Below are positions 9,353 through 18,381 of a DNA stretch of 33,687 nucleotides, piece by piece. Numbering within the stretch: the stretch's first letter is position 1; each line of letters starts with the position of its first letter. Under the pieces are notes generated by a model. The model was not told where the DNA came from and did not search any database. It was given only the letters and a program-made list of their open reading frames with translations. This stretch comes from Acidimicrobiia bacterium (GTDB lineage: Bacteria > Actinomycetota > Acidimicrobiia > IMCC26256 > PALSA-610), in the NCBI GenBank assembly GCA_035996165.1, contig DASYJT010000305.1:1-33687 (forward strand). Direction: 5' to 3'. Position numbers and translations under genes: made by a program.

Positions 9353-10140
9353 GATTCCTGCCCCTGCTCCTGCGACTCGCTGGTGTCGTGCGGCTCGGCC
9401 GACGAGCCGAGGTACGCCTCGATCACGCGCGGATTGTTCTTGATCTCCTCGGGCGTGCCCTCGGCGATCTTGGCGCCGAACTCGATGACGTAGATGAAGT
9501 CGCACACGCTGAGGACGAGACCCATGTCGTGGTCGACGAGGAAGATCGTGGTTCCCGAGTCGATGATCTGGCGCAACCGCAGCCCGAGATCTTGCGACTC
9601 CTTGGTGTCGAGACCGGCGGCGGGTTCGTCCATGCACACGAGTTGCGGGCGCGCGGCCAGCGCCCGGGCCGCGCTCACCAGCTTGCGCTGGCCCTGGCTG
9701 AGCTCGGTCGGCATGTGGGAGGCGAGGTCGCGGATGCCCAGCACGTCGAGCGCGAACTGCACGTTGGAGTTCGCCCGCCGTCGCTTCGGTGCGACGAGAT
9801 CGGCGAGGAAGCCACCGACCGACTGTTGCTGCGCGGCGACCTGGAGGTTCTCTTCGATGGTGAGGTCCTCGAACAGCTCGAGCGACTGCCAGGTCCGACC
9901 GAGCCCGCGCTGGGCGCGCCGGTGTGCAGGCTCCTTCGAGATCTCGTGACCGTCGAAGCGGATGCTGCCGCTCGTGCCGACGAAGCCGGTGATCCCGTCG
10001 ATGAACGTGGTCTTGCCCGCACCATTCGGCCCGATGAGACCGACCAGCTGGCCCTTCTCGACCCGGAAGTCGACGGCATCGACAGCCCGCAGACCGCCGA
10101 AGGTCACCGTCATGTCGTTCGTCTCGAGCAACGCCATCAC
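9349..10140 (-). CDS. livG: branched-chain amino acid-type ABC transporter ATP-binding protein (LivG-like)
   Basis: Walker [10 protein letters not shown], signature LSQGQRKL, Walker [12 protein letters not shown], and the LivG-type C-terminus [10 protein letters not shown]. The start (GTG 10140 or ATG 10137) overlaps the permease stop. Confidence 0.9.
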   Translation of the reverse strand: MMALLETNDMTVTFGGLRAVDAVDFRVEKGQLVGLIGPNGAGKTTFIDGITGFVGTSGSIRFDGHEISKEPAHRRAQRGLGRTWQSLELFEDLTIEENLQVAAQQQSVGGFLADLVAPKRRRANSNVQFALDVLGIRDLASHMPTELSQGQRKLVSAARALAARPQLVCMDEPAAGLDTKESQDLGLRLRQIIDSGTTIFLVDHDMGLVLSVCDFIYVIEFGAKIAEGTPEEIKNNPRVIEAYLGSSAEPHDTSESQEQGQES

Positions 10141-12335
10141 GCGGCCCCTTGGTCGACGAGTGGCGCGTCGGCGGCGGGAGGGTTCGGGCTCGACCGACTC
10201 CCCTGGAATCGCGCCTTGAGGCGCAGCCCGTCGAGGCGCAGGCGGCCCGCGACTCCTTCGGGGTTCAAGATCGCGGTGATCACGAGCCCGATGCCGCCGA
10301 GCAGCAGCGTGAACTCGGGGGGTATGCCCAGCGCCCGTTGGAGGAACGTGAAGACGAGACCGCCCGCGACGAGGAATCCACCCGCAATCGCGCCTCCGAC
10401 GCTCGAGATGCCGCCGAGGTAGGCGAAGGCGAAGATCACGAGCGACTGCGTGTAGTCGAACTTGTCGGGCGTCGCGTTCCCCGAGCGGTACGCGATCACG
10501 GCACCGCCGATGCCGGCGATGAACGCCGACGTTCCGAACGCGAGGAGCTTCGTGGCCGAGACGTTGACGCCGGCTGCGGCCGCGGCGCGTTCGTTGGAAC
10601 GCATCGCCAACATCTGACGGCCCGTAGTGGAGCGGCGAAGGTTGGCGACGAGATAACAGAGGACGACGGTGATGACGAGGCAGAAGATCGCCGTTGTCGG
10701 ATTCGGCAGCTTGCCGTCACCGGCGATCAGTCCGAAGAACTTGCGCTGCTTCGGCTGGTTCGGGTCGACCCACGAGGGTGCTTTGACCAGCGCCTGTTTG
10801 AAGCCGCCGTTGACGCTGTTGTTCTTGAAGATCATGTCGTCGACCGCGACGGCAAACGCGAACGTGACGATCGCGAGGTTGACGCCTCGTACGCGCAGGG
10901 CGGGAAGTGCGACGATCAGCCCGATCACGAGCGCGACGATCGCCCCCGCGAGGATCGGAACCGGGAATGGCCAGCCGTGCTCCGACGAGAGGTGCGACAC
11001 GATGAACGCGGAGATTCCGGCGAACGCCATCTGCGCGAGCGAGATCTGGCCGACGAATCCCGTGATCACGACCACCGACAAGCAGATGATGATGCCGACG
11101 AGCGTGTTGGAGAGCGCGCCGCGGTAGGCGGGACCGAAGACGAAGAGCCCGAGGCCGGCCGCCAGAAGCGCGAGTGCCGGTCCGCCGAATCGAATCGCCC
11201 AGGCCGGGGGAGTCGGCGAGAAGGGGAGCCGGCCGGCCGTGATCGAACCGCGCGCCGGCAGGGCGTTCCCCGCGAGGTAGAGCACGAGGACGATGACGAC
11301 GAGCGGCAACACGCGGTCGACGCCGGGGAACGCCTGGGTCCCCGACTTGGGGAACCACGACTTGTTCACGCCGAGGTAGGCGATCAGCGGCTTCTGCATG
11401 CCGAGCACGAAGGCGGCGATCGTCGTGCGCGGGAACGACGTGAACCCGCCGACCAGCGCGGCGGTCAACGCCGGGACGATCAGCGCCGGCAGCACGGTTG
11501 GCTCGATGGTCGAGAGGCTGGTCGCGACGAAGATGGCAAGCAGGCCGGTGATCACCGTCGACAGCACCCAGTTCGTGCCCGCGAGGAAGTCCGGGTTGAA
11601 GCCGAGGACGACCGCGCCCTTCTCGTTCTCCGCCGCTGCCCGGGTGGCCAGGCCGAAGCGCGTCTTTTGGAAGAGCAGCCACAACAGGGCCGCGAACACG
11701 ATCACGAGCATCCCGACGAAGAACTGCTCCTGATTGAGCTTGATGACGCCCAGGTTCATGTGCGTCGTCTTCTTGAGGAACGGGATCGGCCTCACCGCGA
11801 TAGGGGTCGTGCCGAACCGCCGGATCACGGTGGCCTCGAGCAGCAGGAACAGGCCGACCGATGCCACGACCTTCGCGATCGGCGGCGCGAACCGCAACGG
11901 CCGGAAGATCAAGAAGTGCATGACGAGTCCGAGCGCGACGCAGAAGGCCAACGAGATCGTCAGCGCCGGCCAGAACGAGAGGCTCGTCGCGAACGAGATC
12001 TTCGTCGGGATGTCGGGCAGGTGGAACGAGTTGTCCGGTTGGAACCAGTGGACGACCCCCTCGACGAGCGAGAGCGGATTCGGCAGCGGCGGCAGGAAGA
12101 GGTCGCCGTCGCGGCGCAACACCGAATAGACGTACGCGACGTACATCGCGATCGCGCCGTTCGCGAAGTTGACGACGCCCGACCCTCGGTAGGTCAGCAT
12201 CACGCCCAACGCGACGGCGGCGATCAGCGCTCCCTGCGCGACGCCGCTTCCGGTCAGGAAGTTGTGCCGGTATTCGGCATTGAGCAGGACGACGGCTGTA
12301 GCGAGGAGTCCGAGCCCGATGACGACCCAGCCCAC
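10137..12335 (-). CDS. fused LivH-LivM type ABC transporter permease (single 732-aa polypeptide)
   Basis: The N-terminal half resembles LivH ([21 protein letters not shown]). The C-terminal half resembles LivM ([26 protein letters not shown]). It is hydrophobic throughout, with no stop between the halves. Confidence 0.85.
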   Translation of the reverse strand: MGWVVIGLGLLATAVVLLNAEYRHNFLTGSGVAQGALIAAVALGVMLTYRGSGVVNFANGAIAMYVAYVYSVLRRDGDLFLPPLPNPLSLVEGVVHWFQPDNSFHLPDIPTKISFATSLSFWPALTISLAFCVALGLVMHFLIFRPLRFAPPIAKVVASVGLFLLLEATVIRRFGTTPIAVRPIPFLKKTTHMNLGVIKLNQEQFFVGMLVIVFAALLWLLFQKTRFGLATRAAAENEKGAVVLGFNPDFLAGTNWVLSTVITGLLAIFVATSLSTIEPTVLPALIVPALTAALVGGFTSFPRTTIAAFVLGMQKPLIAYLGVNKSWFPKSGTQAFPGVDRVLPLVVIVLVLYLAGNALPARGSITAGRLPFSPTPPAWAIRFGGPALALLAAGLGLFVFGPAYRGALSNTLVGIIICLSVVVITGFVGQISLAQMAFAGISAFIVSHLSSEHGWPFPVPILAGAIVALVIGLIVALPALRVRGVNLAIVTFAFAVAVDDMIFKNNSVNGGFKQALVKAPSWVDPNQPKQRKFFGLIAGDGKLPNPTTAIFCLVITVVLCYLVANLRRSTTGRQMLAMRSNERAAAAAGVNVSATKLLAFGTSAFIAGIGGAVIAYRSGNATPDKFDYTQSLVIFAFAYLGGISSVGGAIAGGFLVAGGLVFTFLQRALGIPPEFTLLLGGIGLVITAILNPEGVAGRLRLDGLRLKARFQGSRSSPNPPAADAPLVDQGAA

Positions 12336-12377
12336 AATCTGAGTTCTCGTACGTTCGATGACCGTCCCCCAGATTCA

Positions 12378-12411
12378 TTCCGGGGTGGGAGGCGCGCCTC
12401 CCACCCCGGAA
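12378..12411 (-). terminator. perfect 34-nt palindrome between SBP gene and permease gene (intercistronic stabiliser/attenuator hairpin)
   Basis: TTCCGGGGTGGGAGGCG immediately followed by its reverse complement CGCCTCCCACCCCGGAA. It lies in the 102-nt gap between the SBP stop (12438) and the permease start (12335). Confidence 0.6.
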
Positions 12412-12437
12412 TCACGTCTTTCGATACTTGCCGGAAC

Positions 12438-13784
12438 TCAGCCCGCCGTCGACGTGTCGATCGGCTTGCCGTTGTGCCCGTCGGCGATGCTGATCCACTT
12501 ACCGCCCTTGTACTGCTGGATACCCATCTGCACGCCGCACACCGCGACGTAGGGCGGCACGTTGCACTTCAGCGCACCGACTTGCAGGGGCGCCGGGCCC
12601 TTGAAGCCGCGGATCTTCGCATCGAGCGCGGGCACCGTCGCCGCGCCGATGCCGATCTCGTTGATGAACTTGATGGCCGACAAGACGTTGCCGAACATCG
12701 GTCCGGCGAAGCCGCTGTACTCGAGCGACTTCGCGCCCGGCGCCGGCTTGCCGTACTGGTGCACCTTGGCGAGGTAGGTGTTCATGCCCGACTCGGCCAT
12801 GCCCGGCGTGGTCGACGGCAGGAAGTAGCTGTAGCCGTAGCCGCCGAAGTACCAACCGTCGGGGTAGGCGCCGGTGTCGCCGGCGTCCTTCAAGTGGTCG
12901 GTCATCGGGGTGCCGAAGCAGAGTCCGGTGGTGACGACGTTCGGCGTCACGCCCAGTCCCTTGATCGCGTCGTACATGCTGATGCAGCTCTGCAGCGTCA
13001 GGATCGACAAGAAGACGTCGGCCTTGTCGGCGCCGACCGCGGACATCGCGGAAGTCACGTCGGGTCCGCTCGCCTCGTTGGCGACGTAGACGTCCTTCAC
13101 GGTGACGTTGGCCTTGGCGAAGATCGGCTTCATGATGACGGCGACGCCGGCCTTGCCCGCGTCGTTGTCGTTCGCCAGGATCGCGACGGTCTTCGGGTGG
13201 AACTGCGTGAGCGAGAACTTCGCCATGCCCGCGAGAACGCCCGGTGCGCCGGCGACGAACGCCTCACCGGCACTGGTCGTGAAGTCGGCCGGAGTCACGC
13301 CGTTCCCGACGATCACCGCCTTCTTCCCGTTCAGCGCGTTGTAGAGCTCGGTGTTGCCGTTGAGCAGCGTCCCGGTCAGTACGAGCTTGATCGAATCGTC
13401 GTTCGCCATCGTTGTACCGCAGCTCGCGCCGTCGGCCGCCGTGCTGACCTGACACGGCACGACCTGGATCGGATGACCGTCGGCGCCGTTGAGCTCGGCG
13501 TTGGCGTACGCGACGGCGGCGTTGACACCGATCGTCGCTTCGGGGAACAGGGAGTCCTGGTTGACGTAGCCGATCCGGTACGGCGTGCCCGCCGCCTTGG
13601 TGGCCTTGCCGCCGGTGTACTTGAGGGCCCACGAGTTGATCGCCGGGTCGTTGGCCGCGGCGGTCGTGGTGGTCGCACCGCCGGAGCCGGCGGGAGTTCC
13701 GGATTTCGCCGAGCTCGAGCAAGCTGCCGCGACCACTGCGATCGCGACGGCCGCGATCGCGACTCTTGTCTTACCTGTCCTCAT
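12438..13784 (-). CDS. ABC transporter substrate-binding lipoprotein (periplasmic binding protein type 1, Liv/amide-urea family)
   Basis: Signal peptide with lipobox MRTGKTRVAIAAVAIAVVAAAC-SSS. GAGGAG lies upstream of the ATG. 448 aa with Leu/Ile/Val-binding-protein-like composition, and it is first in the operon with the permease and ATPases. Confidence 0.88.
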   Translation of the reverse strand: MRTGKTRVAIAAVAIAVVAAACSSSAKSGTPAGSGGATTTTAAANDPAINSWALKYTGGKATKAAGTPYRIGYVNQDSLFPEATIGVNAAVAYANAELNGADGHPIQVVPCQVSTAADGASCGTTMANDDSIKLVLTGTLLNGNTELYNALNGKKAVIVGNGVTPADFTTSAGEAFVAGAPGVLAGMAKFSLTQFHPKTVAILANDNDAGKAGVAVIMKPIFAKANVTVKDVYVANEASGPDVTSAMSAVGADKADVFLSILTLQSCISMYDAIKGLGVTPNVVTTGLCFGTPMTDHLKDAGDTGAYPDGWYFGGYGYSYFLPSTTPGMAESGMNTYLAKVHQYGKPAPGAKSLEYSGFAGPMFGNVLSAIKFINEIGIGAATVPALDAKIRGFKGPAPLQVGALKCNVPPYVAVCGVQMGIQQYKGGKWISIADGHNGKPIDTSTAG

Positions 13785-13903
13785 GGGTCTCCTCGTTGAC
13801 GGGGCATTGGGGTTGACGTGGCGGCGGGCGGCGGGAGTCTTTCAGACCGAAGGTGTACAGGAAACTCGCTCCTTCGGCCACCATCCCTCGGTCCGAGGGG
13901 TGA

Positions 13904-14548
13904 TCACCGGGTGAGTGACCCGCCTCGGTGCAGACAGTCGGTCACGGCCGAGGCGAGCGCATCGATGTCGGTGCACACCTCGAAGCCCTCTCGGGATCGC
14001 AGCCATTCGACGTTCGCGACGTGCACGTCGTTGCCGGGGTCGAAGCGATTGAGGAACACGACGGCCCGATGCGGAGCGAGCGCGCCGAGCGAGAGACGCA
14101 CGGCGTTGATCGTCCCGAGCCCGGCATCGGCCACCAGGACCACGAGCTCCGGGCGTATCGCATCGACGAGATCGACGGTGTCGCCGTCGGCCGCGATGGG
14201 TGAACGCACACCGCCGGCGCTCTCGACGAGAGTGACTGCACGCTCCGTGGCGGCGAGCTCGCCCGCGAGCTCGCGGATCGTGAACGGCGCGAGGCCGAGC
14301 CGTTGGGCCGCGATCGGCGGCGCCATCGCCCGCGGAAGCCAACGATGAGGCGGACACACAGTGTCGGGGTTCTCACCGCTCGCGGCGCCGAGCAGCTCGG
14401 CGTCGGTGCCCGTGGCGCCGGCTTCGAACGACTGCACGGGCTTGCGGGCGGCCACGCCCAAGCCGCGGTCGCGCAGCAAGCGCACGACGGCGGCCGCGAC
14501 GAAGGTCTTGCCGACGTCGGTGCCGGTGCCGGCGACCACGACGATCAC
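13904..14548 (-). CDS. bioD: dethiobiotin synthase (ATP-dependent)
   Basis: P-loop VVVAGTGTDVGKTF at the N-terminus, plus VESAGGVRSP. GTG 14548 overlaps the bioF stop (GTGA). Only the last 215 codons of the 589-aa ORF look like protein. Confidence 0.9.
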   Translation of the reverse strand: MIVVVAGTGTDVGKTFVAAAVVRLLRDRGLGVAARKPVQSFEAGATGTDAELLGAASGENPDTVCPPHRWLPRAMAPPIAAQRLGLAPFTIRELAGELAATERAVTLVESAGGVRSPIAADGDTVDLVDAIRPELVVLVADAGLGTINAVRLSLGALAPHRAVVFLNRFDPGNDVHVANVEWLRSREGFEVCTDIDALASAVTDCLHRGGSLTR

Positions 14549-15642
14549 GCCGGCGTCTGCAGTTCGGCGCGGATCTCGTCGAGCGCGTACGCCAGCACGT
14601 CGACCTGGTCGTCGGTGTGCGCGGCCGAGAGCGTGACCCGCAGGCGCGACGTGCCGGGGGCCACCGTGGGCGGTCGGATCGCGGGCACGAGGAGCCCGCG
14701 GAACCGCAACGCATCGGCGGCGAGCAGAGTTGTCTCCTCCTCGCCGAAGACGAAGGGCACGATCGGCGACGGATGGCCGGGGCGGAGGCGCTCGACGAGG
14801 GAACGCAGGCGGGCGACCAGCGCGTCGCCCTCGGGTGAACGCAGCACCTGCAACGCGGCCCCCGCCGCGGCAGTGTCGGCCGGAGAGAGAGCCGTGGTGA
14901 AGATGTAAGGGCGGGCCAGGTTCTCGACCAGCTCGATGTAGCGAGCGGGACCGGCGACGAAGCCGCCGAGCGCCGCGAGCGTCTTCGACAGCGTGCCGAC
15001 CCGCAACACGTCGGCATCGGTTGGGAGCTCGGCCACCGGACCGAGCACGGCGTGGGCCTCGTCGAGAACGAGGAGCGCGCGCTCGTTCGCGCACAGCTCG
15101 ACGAGCGCAGCCAGGTCGGCGACATCGCCGTCCATCGAGAACACCGTGTCGCTGACGACGAGCGCGCGACGATCGCCCCGACCCGCGAGAATCGACCGGA
15201 GGTGGTCGATGTCGTTGTGGCGGTAGACGGCCACCTCGCCCCGGGCCAGGCGGCAACCGTCGATGATCGACGCGTGGTTCAACTCGTCGGAGCAGACGAG
15301 CACGCCCTCTCCGCCGAGTGTCGTGATCACGCCGAGGTTGGTGGCGAATCCGGTCGGGAACAGCGCGGCGCGGGGCATCGACTTCCACTCCGCGAGCGCG
15401 CGTTCGAGCTCCGAGTGCACGGGTCGCGACCCCACGATCAGACGCGCCGAGCCGCTCCCGGATCCGTATTCGTCGAGCGCCGCGTGCGCGGCGGCGATCA
15501 CCGCCGGATGCTGCGTGAGCCCGAGGTAGTCGTTCGACGCGAAGTTGATCGGGCCGTTGCGGTCGAGGTCGCGTGGCGCCCGCCACCGACCGGCCGCGCG
15601 GATCTCGTCCGCCACTCCGTCGGCCCACGCCGGCCAGCTCAC
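14545..15642 (-). CDS. bioF: 8-amino-7-oxononanoate synthase
   Basis: FASNDYLGLTQHP motif and the PLP-lysine region TLSKTLAALGGFVAG. It sits between bioA and bioD with 4-nt overlaps on both sides. Confidence 0.93.
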   Translation of the reverse strand: MSWPAWADGVADEIRAAGRWRAPRDLDRNGPINFASNDYLGLTQHPAVIAAAHAALDEYGSGSGSARLIVGSRPVHSELERALAEWKSMPRAALFPTGFATNLGVITTLGGEGVLVCSDELNHASIIDGCRLARGEVAVYRHNDIDHLRSILAGRGDRRALVVSDTVFSMDGDVADLAALVELCANERALLVLDEAHAVLGPVAELPTDADVLRVGTLSKTLAALGGFVAGPARYIELVENLARPYIFTTALSPADTAAAGAALQVLRSPEGDALVARLRSLVERLRPGHPSPIVPFVFGEEETTLLAADALRFRGLLVPAIRPPTVAPGTSRLRVTLSAAHTDDQVDVLAYALDEIRAELQTPA

Positions 15643-16955
15643 GGGCTCGACGTCTCCTGGGTGATCGCGTCACTCAACGCGTGGACGATCCGATGGATCT
15701 CCTCGGAGGTGATGGTGAGCGGCGGCATCAGGGTGACGTTGTCGCCGATCGACCGCAGCAACACGCCCCGCTCCACGGCAGCCGCGCTCACCCGGCGGCC
15801 CCACTTCAACCCGTCGGCCGGAGGTGCGAGCTCGACCGCGCCCATGAGCCCGCGCAGGCGCGTCTCGCGCACGGTCGGTTTCGACGCGATCCGGTCGTGC
15901 AACAGTCCCGCGAGCTCCTCGGAGCGCTCGCGCACGTTGGCGAGCACGTCCCACGCGTCGATCAGCTCGAGATGGCGGAGCGCGACGGCCGCCGCGAGTG
16001 CGTTCCCTCCGAAGGAGTGGCCGTGATACAGCGTGCGGTCGCCGAGGTCGTCGCCGAGAAACGCTTCGAACACCGGCCCGCTCGCGGCGGTCACCGACAT
16101 CGGCAGGTAGCCGGCGGTGAGCCCTTTGCCGAGGCACAGGATGTCGGGTCGGAGGTCGCACTGCTCCGACGCGAACAGCGTGCCCGTGCGGCCGAATCCG
16201 GTCGCGATCTCGTCGCAGATCAACAGCACGTTGTATTCGCGGCACGCGGTGCCGAGCCGGGCGAGTCCGGCGTGGTCGGCGAGCTGCATGCCGGCCGCGG
16301 CCTGGACCGACGGCTCGACGATCACCGCGGCGAGCTCGGACGCGTGCTCGGCGATCAGGCGCACCGCCACGTCGAAGCACGCGGGGTCGTCGAACGCGGG
16401 CGCGCGGAGCACCGGGAAGCGCAACGCGTTGAACACGTCGGCGCCGAAACCGTCGTCGCCGACCGAGAGCGCGCCGATGGTGTCGCCGTGGTAGGCACCG
16501 CCGAACGCGAGGAACTTCGTGTGCCCCGGTTCTCCGCGGTTGCGCCAGTACTGGAACGCGATCTTGAGTGCTTGCTCGACGGCCGACGCCCCGTCGCTCG
16601 CGTAGAGGAAGTGGGCGTCGTCGACCGGGACGACGTGGGCGAGCGCCTCCGACAGCTCGATCACGACCCGGTTGCCGTTGCCGAGCATCGTCGAATGGGC
16701 GCCGAGGGCGAGCTGGCGCACGATCGCGTCGTCGAGCTCGGGCACGTGGTGGCCGAGGGTCGTGACCCACAGCGACGAGATGGCGTCGAGATAGCGCTTC
16801 CCGTCGACGTCGACGAGCTCGTGGCCCTCGGCGTGGTCGACGATGATCGGGGAGTTCCCGGCGAACGTCGACATCTGGGTGAAGCCGTGCCACACCACCT
16901 GCGCGTCGCGTTGCACCCACTCGTCGTGCGCGGTCACGGGTCGATTCTGGCGCAC
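15639..16955 (-). CDS. bioA: adenosylmethionine-8-amino-7-oxononanoate aminotransferase
   Basis: Class-III aminotransferase with VWHGFTQMS, GGAYHGDT, LLICDEIATGFGRTG, and lysine in LCLGKGLTAGY. The start is GTG 16955; an alternative is GTG 16937. Confidence 0.92.
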   Translation of the reverse strand: MRQNRPVTAHDEWVQRDAQVVWHGFTQMSTFAGNSPIIVDHAEGHELVDVDGKRYLDAISSLWVTTLGHHVPELDDAIVRQLALGAHSTMLGNGNRVVIELSEALAHVVPVDDAHFLYASDGASAVEQALKIAFQYWRNRGEPGHTKFLAFGGAYHGDTIGALSVGDDGFGADVFNALRFPVLRAPAFDDPACFDVAVRLIAEHASELAAVIVEPSVQAAAGMQLADHAGLARLGTACREYNVLLICDEIATGFGRTGTLFASEQCDLRPDILCLGKGLTAGYLPMSVTAASGPVFEAFLGDDLGDRTLYHGHSFGGNALAAAVALRHLELIDAWDVLANVRERSEELAGLLHDRIASKPTVRETRLRGLMGAVELAPPADGLKWGRRVSAAAVERGVLLRSIGDNVTLMPPLTITSEEIHRIVHALSDAITQETSSP

Positions 16956-16966
16956 AATGTGCCCGT

Positions 16967-17563
16967 ATGACGCAGGCGAGCGACCCGCTTTCCCTCCGGG
17001 ACCGGCTTTTCGAGGCGACCTATCGCTGCGTCGAGCGCTTCGGCATGGGCAAGACCACGATCGACGACGTCGTCAAGGAGTCGGGCGTCTCCCGGGCGAC
17101 GATCTATCGCCAGTTCGCCGGCGGCCGCGATGAGCTGTTGCTCGAGACGGTCGGCTGGGAGCTCGCCAACTACTTCAACCGCCTCGCCGACCAGGTGCGG
17201 GACGCCCCTACCCTCGCCGACCTTCTGGAGCGGGGCCTGGCGTATGCCTATCGCTCGATCGCCGAGCACGCCGTGCTGCGCAAGATGATGGACACGGAGC
17301 CCGAGCGCCTGCTCCCGCTGCTGACCACCGAGGCGGCCAAGTCGCTGCCGTTCATCGCCGACTTCCTGATGCCGTATCTGCGGCGGGAGGCGGAGGCCGG
17401 CCGGCTCCGGCCCGGCGTCGACATCGACCGGGCCGCCGACTACCTCGCCCGCTCCATCCTCTCCCTGATCGGGGCGCCCGGCCGCTGGGACCTCGGGGAC
17501 CCCGACCAGGTCAGAGACCTCGTCGACGTCGAACTCCTCGGCGGCATCGTCCTCACCCCCTAA
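16967..17563 (+). CDS. TetR family transcriptional regulator (divergent from bioAFD; BioQ-like by position)
   Basis: N-terminal TetR HTH is GMGKTTIDDVVKESGVSRATIYRQFAGGRDELL. 198 aa, beginning only 11 nt from the annotated bioA start on the other strand. Confidence 0.9.
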   Translation: MTQASDPLSLRDRLFEATYRCVERFGMGKTTIDDVVKESGVSRATIYRQFAGGRDELLLETVGWELANYFNRLADQVRDAPTLADLLERGLAYAYRSIAEHAVLRKMMDTEPERLLPLLTTEAAKSLPFIADFLMPYLRREAEAGRLRPGVDIDRAADYLARSILSLIGAPGRWDLGDPDQVRDLVDVELLGGIVLTP

Positions 17564-17580
17564 ATCCGCCCAGAATCCCC

Positions 17581-17673
17581 CCAACAGTTGTCAGGAAAAT
17601 CGGCACCCAGGAACGATTTTCCTGCCAACTGTTGGCAGGGAAATCGGGGCGTGGGAACGAAATTCCTGCCAAC
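17581..17673. repeat. tandem pair of long inverted repeats (about 38-bp palindromic unit x2)
   Basis: CCAACAGTTGTCAGGAAAATCG-N11-CGATTTTCCTGCCAACTGTTGG (1 mismatch), followed by the degenerate copy CAGGGAAATCG-N11-CGAAATTCCTGCCAAC. The block is AT-richer than its flanks. Confidence 0.75.
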
Positions 17674-17693
17674 GCGGTCCCTACGCGGTCCCT
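17672..17693. repeat. exact tandem 11-mer ACGCGGTCCCT x2
   Basis: Read directly: ACGCGGTCCCT at 17672-17682 and at 17683-17693. Confidence 0.8.
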
Positions 17694-17708
17694 CCGCGTT
17701 CCCCAACG

Positions 17709-17726
17709 CGCTCGCGATCGCGAGCG
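17709..17726. promoter_or_regulatory. perfect 18-bp palindrome, candidate TetR operator upstream of second TetR gene
   Basis: CGCTCGCGATCGCGAGCG is self-complementary. It lies about 60 bp upstream of ATG 17785. Confidence 0.4.
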
Positions 17727-17784
17727 GCATTGTGACGCGCGACACCTTGACGATGAGACGTACAGTGGTCCAGTGTCTCAGGTG

Positions 17785-18381
17785 ATGAACCTCTCGGGTG
17801 ACGAGCTCAGCCCCAAGGCGACGCAGATCCTCGACGCGGCCCTCACTTGCATCAGCCGCGTCGGCCTGGCCAAGACGACTCTCGACGACGTGGCCCGCGA
17901 GGCCGGGTGCGCACGTGCCACCGTCTATCGCTGCTTCTCCAACAAGCAGCAGATGCTCTCGGCCCTCGTCGCGCGCGAAGCGGTTGCCCTGAGCGACTCG
18001 GTCGTCGTCGAGTCGGCGCTCAGCGAGGCGCTCGGCGACGCGATCGCCACCGTTGTCTGCGAGTCGGTTCGCTTCCTCGGTTCGCACCCGGCGCTCACGT
18101 TCGTGTGCACCCACGAGCCCGAGGTCCTGCTCCCGTATCTCGCGTTCGAACGCGAAGACGCCGTGCTGCGCACCGCCGCCGCGCTCGTCGCCCCCGCGTT
18201 CACGCGCTTCCTCGAGGCGGCCGACGCCGTGCGCCTCGGTGAGTGGGTCGCGCGCATCACGCTTTCGTATCTCTTCAGTCCGTCCGAGCAATTCGACCTC
18301 GCCGACAAGCGGCACGTTCGTGCCCTGGTCGACGATTTCGTCGTCCCAGGTTTCGTCAAATCCGAAGGGGTATCCCGATGA
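17785..18381 (+). CDS. TetR family transcriptional regulator (paralog of 16967..17563)
   Basis: HTH is GLAKTTLDDVAREAGCARATVYRCFSNKQQML. ATG 17785 was chosen because the upstream extension to 17632 runs through the repeat array. The stop overlaps the next gene (ATGA). Confidence 0.88.
   Translation: MNLSGDELSPKATQILDAALTCISRVGLAKTTLDDVAREAGCARATVYRCFSNKQQMLSALVAREAVALSDSVVVESALSEALGDAIATVVCESVRFLGSHPALTFVCTHEPEVLLPYLAFEREDAVLRTAAALVAPAFTRFLEAADAVRLGEWVARITLSYLFSPSEQFDLADKRHVRALVDDFVVPGFVKSEGVSR

Noticed and set aside
10149-13799. 1216-aa ORF on the + strand spanning the whole liv region
   Set aside because: It is antisense to four well-supported genes. Its translation is a monotonous R/D/E/G/A-rich string with no motifs, the typical shadow ORF of high-GC DNA with GC-rich third positions on the opposite strand.
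13847-13908. Hairpins downstream of bioD (CCGAAGG...CCTTCGG; CCCTCGG-T-CCGAGGG; GGTGATCACC) as a defined terminator or riboswitch
   Set aside because: The stems are short, one has a sterically impossible 1-nt loop, and there is no U-tract. They may simply separate the bio and liv transcription units. The evidence is too weak to annotate.
14549-15673. 589-aa reading of ORF 13904..15673 as one gene
   Set aside because: Only the last 215 codons (from GTG 14548, P-loop GTGTDVGKTF) look like BioD. The upstream part is an alternative frame of bioF and is R/P/G-rich.
16930-17000. Canonical BioQ operator (TGAAC-N3-GTT[A/C][A/C]) in the bioA/TetR divergent region
   Set aside because: I looked for it and did not find it; only the unrelated palindrome GCACAATGTGC is present. 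The BioQ assignment therefore remains positional inference.
17588-17784. ORFs 17588..17785 and the 17632 extension of the second TetR through the repeat array
   Set aside because: These translations run through inverted and tandem repeats, have no coding-like third-position bias, and precede the TetR HTH by an unusually long distance. I treat the region as non-coding.
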